In this document: one piece after another, positions 8,069 through 16,099 of the stretch
Layout: each line of letters starts with the position of its first letter
How positions within the stretch are numbered: the stretch's first letter is position 1
Assembly: GCF_000092105.1 (NCBI RefSeq)
Contig: NC_014148.1
Span: forward strand, 5,130,001-5,162,000
Source: Planctopirus limnophila DSM 3776
Lineage (GTDB): Bacteria > Planctomycetota > Planctomycetia > Planctomycetales > Planctomycetaceae
DNA length: 32,000 nucleotides
Direction of reading: 5' to 3'
Translations under genes and position numbers: made by a program
The notes under the pieces: generated by a model
What the model saw: only the letters and a program-made list of their open reading frames with translations
What the model was told of the DNA's origin: nothing
Database searches by the model: none

Positions 8069-11000
8069 TTAATCTTTCGCGGGTGGTTCGTCTTTCTTCT
8101 GCTGTTGTCGCTTGATCTCCAGCAGTTTTTCATAAGTCGATTTGGCAGCACCTGGTGCCGGCTTTTCGGTTTGCGTTTTTTCTGAAGTGGGGGGAGTCTT
8201 TGCAGATGGTGATGGCGGTAGAGTCATCGGTGGCTTGCGAATGACGGGTGGCCGTTGTGGTGGTGTTTTCCGCGATGACGATGCCTCAGCGGCAGGTTTG
8301 CCGGTCTCAGTGGTTGTCTGCTGCGAACCGGACTTTTTCTGATCGAGCAAAGTTGACATTGTCGAGGTGACTTCCCGGCGGGGTCTGAACCAGCCTGCCA
8401 CGACAGACCAATCCCACTGAATGCGCCTCAAACCGACATCGAGAGGGACAAGACAGGCCAGCGCCACAAGAAACCAGTCAAAAATCGGACGTGAACTCTG
8501 GCGGGGTTCGCGCTCTTTCGGGAAGAGTTCGTCACTTTCTGGATCACCCGTCAAGACGCGCCCACCTGTCCTTTGGGCAATCTCTTCGAGTAACTGCCGG
8601 TTCGATCCAAACCGCAGATATTCCGGCGAGTAGGCCAGCACGAATCCGCCAAACGTCGATTCCTTCCGCTCAGCCGGTTGACCGTCCACGCCGATTTTTG
8701 TTCCCGCACCTGCCACCGAAACGTAGTAGCGGCCTTGCCCCCACAGCGGAACCAGCGCCTGATAGCGACGCGGCCCCACCTGCCGGAAAGTGAGGCTTTC
8801 CGAACGATCGTTCGGGCCACCGACGCGTCCGGAGATTTCCAGAAAGCCCTCTTCCGGGGCAAAATCTTCGACAATAACGACTCCCTGCGCTCCTTCGACA
8901 TACGTGCTCAAGCGGAGTTGTGTGTCTTTGCGGATGCGGGCGATATCCGTGGTGAGCTGATTGAGGAAATCCTCATACTTGCCCCATGCCACCCAGTCCT
9001 TTCCCCAGTTCTTGCCAAGTTCCGAAGTGAAAGCCGCCGTCTTCCCTAACCCGTGCTGGCGAATCGCCAGAAGTGGATCCAGCTGCGACTCTTCCTCTTT
9101 CGAACCGGGCGGAACTTTGAGCACAACCTGAGCATCGGGCTTGGCGGTCGTGAGTACATACCCTTTCAACTCCGGTAATGAACTGATGCCTTTCAAAACT
9201 GGCGAACTCGAAGCAACTTCCGGGAAGAAATCGCGGTTTTGAAGCATCGACCGGCGGAGTGTCTTCGATTCTTTGATGAAGATCGCTGGTAGCTGATTCG
9301 GATTGGTCGGCTTGTAATAACGCCCGCCAGTAATCTGTGCGATCGATGTCATCGTCGGCGTATCCACATCTCCGTGTGGAAAGACAGCGACCGTGCTGAT
9401 GGTCACCTTCGCGTCAATAAATCGCTTCAAGAGATCGGGCGAGGCTGGTGAAGGATCTCCATCGGAAATGATGATCATATGTTTCGACGAAGCATCGCTC
9501 GCTTCGAGTCCATCGATACCCATCTGCATCGTCTGCTGAAAACTGGGCATATCCCCAATCTCAGCTGAGTTAATCAGTAACGACAGCTCTTCGTACTTTC
9601 CTGCGGGTGTGAGTTCAAAAATCCATTTCTCACCATCGTTGTAGTCATAGGCCAGAACGCCCACTTCATCCTGTTCGCCCAGAACCTTAATGGCCTGCTT
9701 GGTGATTCGCTTGCCCCAGGTATTGCCCTCCGGGAATTCACAGGTATGCAGAATGATGGCCAGTGCTCCCTTAGGAAGCACCTTCTTCTGTGTGATATCC
9801 ATCGTGACGGGAAGAATCTCTTCGACAGCCGTCCGGTGATATCCCCCGGGGCCAAAGCTCCCCGGCCCACCGACCATCAGAAAGCCAGTTCCCAGATCGA
9901 AAACACTGTCTTTGAGTGCCTGCAATTGAACGCCATCGAACTCATTGGCAGGGACATTCACAAACAAAATCGAGTCGTAAGGAATCAGTGAGGAAGGGTC
10001 TCGCGGAAAGTCGACTCCGGCCATCACATCAACTTGTTTTTTGGCCTTATTGAGAGACTCGACCAGTGGTTCCCAATCGAGTGGATTCCCCGTGGGATCG
10101 TAAACAACGAGGATTTTCCCCTCCCCTTCGACGACAATCCCACCCATGGCCATATTGTTTTGCGCCAGGCTGTCAGCTTCTGCCTCGGGTTCAATGGTGG
10201 CGGTATATTCATAGTATCCGGGCCGGCGTAAGGCGAGCGGGACTGCCAGGCGTGTCTTCCCTTCGCGATACGAAATCGTTTCTTCCACAATCGGCTGGCC
10301 GTTCTCGCGAACAACCAGCTTGCCCTGACCAGCCGACAAGGCCGAGACGATCACCGCCGCTTCATAGGTCTCGCCAATCTTGACGTTGCTCGGAAGATCA
10401 ATTCGCTCGACCCAGACCTCATGTTCGTAGTCATATTCAATAGGCACCACATCGACAGAGATCTTACGGGATTTCAGTTCATCGAGAATACGGTCGAGAC
10501 TCCCTTCAGTCTGAGATCCATCGGAAAACAGCACAATCTTCCCCGCCTGATCATCCGGCAGCATGGCGCTGGAAAGGGAAAGTGCCTGCTCGATATTGGT
10601 GGCATCACCACGAATATCGGTATTGAGTGCCTCGGCCAGAAACGTGGTACGAGGTGGTAATTCCACAGCCGCGTTACGCCCGAAGACTGACAGCCCGGCT
10701 TCATCGCGAGCCGGTTTTTTCGTGACAGTTTCTGCAATATAGCGCAGCACCTGATCCTTGGCTGAGCGGCCGATCGAATCGGACGTATCCAGCACATACA
10801 TCAGTGATTGTCGGTCGTTCTCACGAACAGCGCGGGGTTCAGCCAGCAGAAATGCGAGGATTCCGACCATCGCCAGACGAACCCACAGTGCCATCCAGGA
10901 TCGCAGCCACGGTAAGCCCGGCATCCCCGCCATGTGCAGCCACCAGACCCACACACTCAAGACCACCAGCGAGAGTAACCATGGCCGGGTCAACAGTAAC

Positions 11001-11140
11001 ACCCGACTGGCCTCCAGCCAGAAGGCAATGCCCACGGTCAAGACCATCGAGATGAGTAATGGCGCAACAGTCCAGGGCGTCACTGGCTTGCGAGCCGGTG
11101 GAAAAAGTCGCATCAGCAGGTACTGTGCTTGTTGCCACAT
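8069..11140 (-). CDS. large VWA-domain membrane protein (BatA/BatB-like family) with Pro-rich C-terminal tail
   Basis: N-terminal ~100 aa carry 3-4 TM helices. VWA 1 has a MIDAS DxSxS motif (LMYVLDTSDSIG). A central block (KILVVYDP...FLMVGGPGSFGPGGY) resembles the GATase1/ThuA-like domain seen in this family, from memory. A second VWA-like block has a degenerate MIDAS (...HMIIISDGDPS). A late TM (IFDWFLVALACLVPLDVGL) is followed by a Pro/Thr/Lys-rich tail. The ORF-track start 11143 is GTG; the adjacent ATG is at 11140. Confidence 0.85.
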   Translation of the reverse strand: MWQQAQYLLMRLFPPARKPVTPWTVAPLLISMVLTVGIAFWLEASRVLLLTRPWLLSLVVLSVWVWWLHMAGMPGLPWLRSWMALWVRLAMVGILAFLLAEPRAVRENDRQSLMYVLDTSDSIGRSAKDQVLRYIAETVTKKPARDEAGLSVFGRNAAVELPPRTTFLAEALNTDIRGDATNIEQALSLSSAMLPDDQAGKIVLFSDGSQTEGSLDRILDELKSRKISVDVVPIEYDYEHEVWVERIDLPSNVKIGETYEAAVIVSALSAGQGKLVVRENGQPIVEETISYREGKTRLAVPLALRRPGYYEYTATIEPEAEADSLAQNNMAMGGIVVEGEGKILVVYDPTGNPLDWEPLVESLNKAKKQVDVMAGVDFPRDPSSLIPYDSILFVNVPANEFDGVQLQALKDSVFDLGTGFLMVGGPGSFGPGGYHRTAVEEILPVTMDITQKKVLPKGALAIILHTCEFPEGNTWGKRITKQAIKVLGEQDEVGVLAYDYNDGEKWIFELTPAGKYEELSLLINSAEIGDMPSFQQTMQMGIDGLEASDASSKHMIIISDGDPSPASPDLLKRFIDAKVTISTVAVFPHGDVDTPTMTSIAQITGGRYYKPTNPNQLPAIFIKESKTLRRSMLQNRDFFPEVASSSPVLKGISSLPELKGYVLTTAKPDAQVVLKVPPGSKEEESQLDPLLAIRQHGLGKTAAFTSELGKNWGKDWVAWGKYEDFLNQLTTDIARIRKDTQLRLSTYVEGAQGVVIVEDFAPEEGFLEISGRVGGPNDRSESLTFRQVGPRRYQALVPLWGQGRYYVSVAGAGTKIGVDGQPAERKESTFGGFVLAYSPEYLRFGSNRQLLEEIAQRTGGRVLTGDPESDELFPKEREPRQSSRPIFDWFLVALACLVPLDVGLRRIQWDWSVVAGWFRPRREVTSTMSTLLDQKKSGSQQTTTETGKPAAEASSSRKTPPQRPPVIRKPPMTLPPSPSAKTPPTSEKTQTEKPAPGAAKSTYEKLLEIKRQQQKKDEPPAKD

Positions 11141-11231
11141 CACTTAGAAAAATCTTGACCATTCAAGGAAAAACAAATCTGCCGAATCGTGCCATGAAAA
11201 GGGCTTGGTGAATACCCTGAATCTCTGGCTT

Positions 11232-13151
11232 TCAACGAGAAATTTTCCAGCAGACAATCCGGCGATTCCCCGTATCGGCCACATACAGCCTTCCCTCAGG
11301 ATCGTAACACACTCCCCAGGGAGTCCGCAGTGGTTCGGCAGCAAAACCTCGTCCCATAAGTTCACCATTCGCGGAAAGCCTCGTCACCTGCCCGCTCGCA
11401 TACTCGACAATCCAGAAATCAATCGCTTTTCCTGCCTCCGTTGAACCTGATGCAATGTCATAAGGATAAGCCAGTTCGGCCTGGTTGAAATCATTTTGCA
11501 AGAGCTTCCCCGTCTGTGCATCAAAAACCTGCACCCGGCTGTTGAAAGCATCGACAATGTAGAGTCGGCCCTCCGACCAGACGACACCGCTGGGCCTTTG
11601 AAATTCTCCCGGCCCCAGACCAAATCGCCCCATTTCCAGCACCATCTGACCATCGGTCGTCAGCTTCTGGCAGCGATCATTCGAGCCATACTCGCAAACA
11701 TAGAGAAAGCCTTCCGGGTCTTGTGTAATCGCGACCGGATAAATGAACTCTGCTGGCCCTTTTCCTTCCTGCCCAAAGATATGGCTGATCGTCCCATCGG
11801 GATGAAAAATCACCACGCGATGATAATGTGTATCGGCGACGGCAATCCGCCCGTCATTCAGCACACAGATCCCTTCGGCTTTCCCGATGGAATACTCAGG
11901 CATATGCCACTTCCGCACGAGCTGATGCTCGCGGTCATAAATGAGCACACGGCCAGCGGTGTCGAGCACCAGCAATTCACCAGCGGGAGAAACACACAAT
12001 CCGCGCGGTGCCGGGACAAGTGGCCCATCAGCCGGGAGCATCCAGCGCGTTTCCTCTGCGATGGCCACCCGGGGTTCATCAGCTTTCCAGCAACCGGATA
12101 AGTTGAGCAGCAGCGCAATGAAGAGCAGCAGTGGCAGCCACCGCAATCTCACACGGCTCCCAACCGGTGGAAAACTTCGCTGCCCGGCAACCCACAGAGT
12201 TCGTGATGTTTTTGGGCCAACTTCCATTTCGCGGGCATCAGGTTGGGCTGCCTGCTCTCGAAGAGCACGCAGTTCCAGTACAGAGAGCGGCCCGACGGTC
12301 TCCAGACTCTCCATCACGATCGAAGACTCGCTCGCAGCCAGTACCTCCACCTGTTCGGGACGCACATTCGCATGCGGCAACTCTTCACCCCACCAGAGTG
12401 CTTGCTCGTTCGTCAAAAACCAATTGGTCGCCCCGAGAATCCACGCCACTTCCTGTGTCTCGGGTGATCGATAAAGATCGACAGGCCGACCACTGGCCAC
12501 CAGTTTTCCATCTTCGAGGATCAATAGATGATTGGCACATCCCAGCACGAGTTCCGGCTGGTGAGTGCTGTAGATCACGTTCGTCTGTTGCTCCTTCCAG
12601 TAACGAGTCAAACTCTTCCAGAGTGTTTGCGTCAAACTTGCCTGCAGATGAACGCAAGGCTCATCGAGGACAAGCACCGGTGCATTCGAAATGACGGCTC
12701 GCGCCAGGCTCAGCCGGGATTGTTCGCCTTGCGAGAGCTGGCTGGGCAACCGATGTGCGGGGTGCAGTTCAAACAATGAAATCCAGTCTTCCACCTGTGC
12801 CTGGCTTGAACCAACTGGGGCTGTGGCCTGCAAATGCTCGGCAATCGTCAGATCGGGCCAGAGGCCGAAATCGGCAGGCATCCAGGCGATGGGCAAAGTC
12901 AAGGGTTCATGGATTGCTTGATTGTAAGCCGTATGGTTCCACTGGAGCTTCCCGGAACTCGGCTCTTCGAAGCCAGCCAGCAGATTCAATAGCGTCGTCT
13001 TCCCAGCTCCCGATGGCCCCATGACGGCTGTCAGACCACAGGGTATGGTCGTGGTGATCGTCTCCAGCCGCTCACGACGGGCACTGGGCCGAACAGTTCT
13101 CGCCAGGGCCGAAACGTGATCAAGCTGGCAAAGACCAGAAGGAGCTGACAA
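11232..13151 (-). CDS. ABC transporter ATP-binding protein fused in frame to a lipoprotein-type signal peptide and six-bladed NHL-repeat beta-propeller
   Basis: NBD motifs: Walker A GPSGAGKTT, signature LSQGEQ, Walker B VLVLDEP, H-loop IYSTHQ. After the NBD come RVRLRW-LPLLLFIALLL-NLSGC and six NHL-like blades (e.g. YPVAITQDPEGFLYVCEYGSNDRCQKL, RPSGVVWSEGRLYIVDAFNSRVQVFD, TPWGVCYDPEGRLYVADTGNRRIVCW). The only start codon upstream of Walker A is TTG 13151, four codons after an in-frame stop. Confidence 0.8.
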   Translation of the reverse strand: MSAPSGLCQLDHVSALARTVRPSARRERLETITTTIPCGLTAVMGPSGAGKTTLLNLLAGFEEPSSGKLQWNHTAYNQAIHEPLTLPIAWMPADFGLWPDLTIAEHLQATAPVGSSQAQVEDWISLFELHPAHRLPSQLSQGEQSRLSLARAVISNAPVLVLDEPCVHLQASLTQTLWKSLTRYWKEQQTNVIYSTHQPELVLGCANHLLILEDGKLVASGRPVDLYRSPETQEVAWILGATNWFLTNEQALWWGEELPHANVRPEQVEVLAASESSIVMESLETVGPLSVLELRALREQAAQPDAREMEVGPKTSRTLWVAGQRSFPPVGSRVRLRWLPLLLFIALLLNLSGCWKADEPRVAIAEETRWMLPADGPLVPAPRGLCVSPAGELLVLDTAGRVLIYDREHQLVRKWHMPEYSIGKAEGICVLNDGRIAVADTHYHRVVIFHPDGTISHIFGQEGKGPAEFIYPVAITQDPEGFLYVCEYGSNDRCQKLTTDGQMVLEMGRFGLGPGEFQRPSGVVWSEGRLYIVDAFNSRVQVFDAQTGKLLQNDFNQAELAYPYDIASGSTEAGKAIDFWIVEYASGQVTRLSANGELMGRGFAAEPLRTPWGVCYDPEGRLYVADTGNRRIVCWKISR

Positions 13152-13231
13152 AGAAAATCCTCAATTCACACAGGCGGCATGAAACGAAGTCATGCACTCC
13201 ACGACAGTTGATGCAAGCAACACCCTTCAGC

Positions 13232-14839
13232 CTAAGAATTTCGAGTCTGCCGGGCAATCACCATCGACGGCCCGGGGATTGTGTGCCGGGAATCGTATGA
13301 CCTGGGACGTATGCCCGAGGATCGCATGCAGATAGAGATCAGCATCGCCAGCACTGAGAGCAGGGCGAACGGCACGATCGCCAGCAGCAGGGCTTCTGCT
13401 GTCAATGCCGCCGAATGACCGTAATGCATAAAGTTGTAGAGCCTGACTGTGCCAGTAGCCATTCCGGTGGGTGCCAGTAACGCAGTCAGCAGCACATCCG
13501 CACAAGCGAACGTCGCGATCAGCACTCCGAGCCATAACCTGGGCTTGAGGGCCACTTGAAACCGCCAATTCGCCAGTTTTTGAAAAGTTGAACCTGTGTG
13601 GAATCCTTGGGAAATCGTTTGATCGAATCCCATTTCTGTATGGGCCACTCGACGCAATCTCCACTGGCCGTGCAGCCTGAGCACTTGATCTGCGAGCGAG
13701 AGAGCAGCGACCGGCCGCCTGGATTGCAGCATCGACTCCACCAGCCATGCCAGAGGAAAGATCTTGATCACCACACCAGCGAGCAGCCAGAGAGGCAGGC
13801 TCATGCGCCAGCCTGTGGCATCTGCAAGAGTGACACTCAGACCACGAAGCGTCAGCCCGATGGTCAATGCTCCCAATAGGCCCAGCGTCAACAGCCCATA
13901 CCCTAACCATCTGGCGAATTCAAACTGTATGCGTCCTGCAGAATGTGTCAGACTCCTGGTCGTGTATTGAGCCAATCCCAGGGCGATCATGGTGGCTGTG
14001 GTCGCAAGCAGCAGGCTGGTCACCACTTCATTCAACAAAATCACGCGCTGTCGGCCACCTTGCCACAGGTACTGTCCCATCCCCCAGGCGTCTTGCATGA
14101 TCAGCCAGACGAGGGGCGAGAACATCACACCCAGCAGTACCAGCCACAGGCCTCCTCCGACAACACTCCATCTTTCCAGCTTCGATGGTCGATTTTCAGC
14201 CGAATTTTGATGTGGCTGAAGATTGCCTGTGACGAAAAAGCTGTGCTGAGTTTGACCAGCGAGTGCCAGCAGTAACGCGATCACGGCTGGAAAAATCACC
14301 AGTTTTAAGGTCTGGTTCAGCGGTAAACCTCCCGCATGATCGACAAAGAGATCATCGGTCCATGTTCTCACCCCCAGGAGTGCACTCAGTTCAAACTCCT
14401 GAAAAGTGAACAGCAGCACGAGAGCGAGAGCCCATTTCCAGCGCGACCAAGAGCCGCGAAACCGAGGCCATAGAGGTAAGGGGCGATGCTGCCGGGCCAA
14501 TTCCCGGCCCAACCACTCTGCAGACGATGAGCTTTCTTGCCGAGGTCCGCACAAAATCAGCAGCAGGGCCAGAGGTGTCATCCGCATCAGCAGTAGCCCC
14601 TGATAGACCAGTTCGCCTTCGATAATGGAAAGCCCGGTGCGATTCCAGGCGTATGTCAGGAGCAGGGGGGGGACCATCCACACGATAACAGCGAGGACTG
14701 CGATCCAGGGTCTGACGAAAACAGAAAATCTGGTCTCAGTTCGCCAGAACGAGGCCATCGACCACGCCAATGGCCATGCGAGACTCGTGACGAGAATCGC
14801 TCGCAGTAATGTGAGGATGACCGACTCTGTCATTCTCAT
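13232..14839 (-). CDS. ABC transporter permease, duplicated (about 12 TM) FbpB/ThiP-type
   Basis: Long hydrophobic protein with two half-domains, lying between the SBP and ATPase genes. I chose the start at ATG 14839-14837, which overlaps the SBP stop as ATGA. The ORF-track start 14953 would overlap the SBP gene by 118 nt and adds a non-hydrophobic Arg-rich leader. Confidence 0.8.
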   Translation of the reverse strand: MRMTESVILTLLRAILVTSLAWPLAWSMASFWRTETRFSVFVRPWIAVLAVIVWMVPPLLLTYAWNRTGLSIIEGELVYQGLLLMRMTPLALLLILCGPRQESSSSAEWLGRELARQHRPLPLWPRFRGSWSRWKWALALVLLFTFQEFELSALLGVRTWTDDLFVDHAGGLPLNQTLKLVIFPAVIALLLALAGQTQHSFFVTGNLQPHQNSAENRPSKLERWSVVGGGLWLVLLGVMFSPLVWLIMQDAWGMGQYLWQGGRQRVILLNEVVTSLLLATTATMIALGLAQYTTRSLTHSAGRIQFEFARWLGYGLLTLGLLGALTIGLTLRGLSVTLADATGWRMSLPLWLLAGVVIKIFPLAWLVESMLQSRRPVAALSLADQVLRLHGQWRLRRVAHTEMGFDQTISQGFHTGSTFQKLANWRFQVALKPRLWLGVLIATFACADVLLTALLAPTGMATGTVRLYNFMHYGHSAALTAEALLLAIVPFALLSVLAMLISICMRSSGIRPRSYDSRHTIPGPSMVIARQTRNS

Positions 14840-15978
14840 CGAACGACATCCTCTTGCCTTAACCAGTTGACGGCCTGTTCGCGGGCCTTGGTCAACTCTC
14901 CATTTCCGACCATGGTGGCGAGTGGCCACGCTTGCTGGCGAAGAGTCATCCATGGTTTCACTTCTTCGGGAAGCTGCTCTTCAGCAACTGTTCCCAGTGG
15001 TATCTGCCGGGCTCCCGATTGAGCCAGCGCCAGTTCGACTTCCGGTGAAAGGAGATACTCGATGAGTTGGATGGCTTCCGGCCTCGGCTGATTTCCCGCG
15101 AGTCGGTTCTTGGCAATCAATGCCGCGGTATTCGGGATGAGTATTGGTCGATTTCCATAAAGAAGCGGAAACATGGAAACAGCCGCCCCTTCGTCAATCG
15201 CCGAGAACGCATCATCGGTATCGGTCCAACCCAATGCCGCTGCATTTTTAGCGACGAGGTTTTTGACTGCACCATTTCCGGCCACCACTCGCAAATGCCG
15301 CTGACTCACGGCCTCCCGCAGGGACTTCTGAACCGTCTCCAAGCCCTCTTCCTGAATCATCAGGCTCACTTGAGTCAACGTTGTCCCGTACAGTGGCCGG
15401 GCAATGGCAACACGCGAAAGATCCTCCTGCTTCTCGAAATACTCGGCAAACAACTCGGCCGGTGCTCGGTCAGGCTGTTCTTTTATCAACTGTGCGGCGA
15501 ATTCATCCGTCGCAATCCAGACACGCGCCCGCGCGGCAAAACCCGTCCAGCGGCCCAGAGCATCACGATCTCCAGGCGATCGAGCTTTCCAGCCAGGCCC
15601 CTGATATGCGATCAGCCGGTCTTTCTCGGCGAGTGCGACCATGCCTAAAAGCTCGTTGTTCCAGAAGAGGTCGCATTCTGTCGTGGCACCTTCACTGATC
15701 AATTGATCGACGAGACCCAGGGATTTCGTGGCCTCTGTGTCATATCGCACAACCACCGGGATTCCCGTCTTTTCCGTGAACCGGCGGAGAATCGGCTCGG
15801 CATAGACGGCATCATGCGCACAGAACACAACGAGTGATGTCGCAGCTGGTTGCTGGATCCAGCTCCAGAAGATGAAGAGCCCCAGAGCACCGACCATCGC
15901 CAGAGGCCACCACAGTCGAGCGGAATTTTCACGATGATTTGATCCGCTCAACCTGAGTGCCTCGTGTTCAAGTTCCAA
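14836..15978 (-). CDS. ABC transporter substrate-binding protein, family 1 (Fe3+/thiamine-type, FbpA/AfuA/ThiB-like)
   Basis: N-terminal hydrophobic anchor/signal LWWPLAMVGALGLFIFWSW. VVFCAHDAVYAEPILRRFTEKTGIPVVVRYD...CDLFWNNE...IAYQGPGW matches the pattern of Fe3+-type SBPs. The longest start is TTG 15978. The next ATG (15897) would cut the anchor, so the exact start is uncertain. The substrate is not determinable from sequence. Confidence 0.75.
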   Translation of the reverse strand: MELEHEALRLSGSNHRENSARLWWPLAMVGALGLFIFWSWIQQPAATSLVVFCAHDAVYAEPILRRFTEKTGIPVVVRYDTEATKSLGLVDQLISEGATTECDLFWNNELLGMVALAEKDRLIAYQGPGWKARSPGDRDALGRWTGFAARARVWIATDEFAAQLIKEQPDRAPAELFAEYFEKQEDLSRVAIARPLYGTTLTQVSLMIQEEGLETVQKSLREAVSQRHLRVVAGNGAVKNLVAKNAAALGWTDTDDAFSAIDEGAAVSMFPLLYGNRPILIPNTAALIAKNRLAGNQPRPEAIQLIEYLLSPEVELALAQSGARQIPLGTVAEEQLPEEVKPWMTLRQQAWPLATMVGNGELTKAREQAVNWLRQEDVVR

Positions 15979-16099
15979 AACGTCGTTCTGCCAGCTGGAT
16001 TCAACAGTTTATCGCTGCGAGCCTTGTGTCTCCACGCTCTGTGATCAGTAAGAAGCTGACATCACGGGAATCGTTCGGCAATTTCGCTTTCGCTCAGCT

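Noticed and set aside
15979-16099. Possible TPP or other riboswitch upstream of the SBP gene, since ThiBPQ-type transporters are often TPP-regulated
   Set aside because: The minus-strand leader lacks the conserved CTGAGA / ACCTGATCTGGATAATGCCAGCG-type TPP blocks or any other riboswitch core I recognise.
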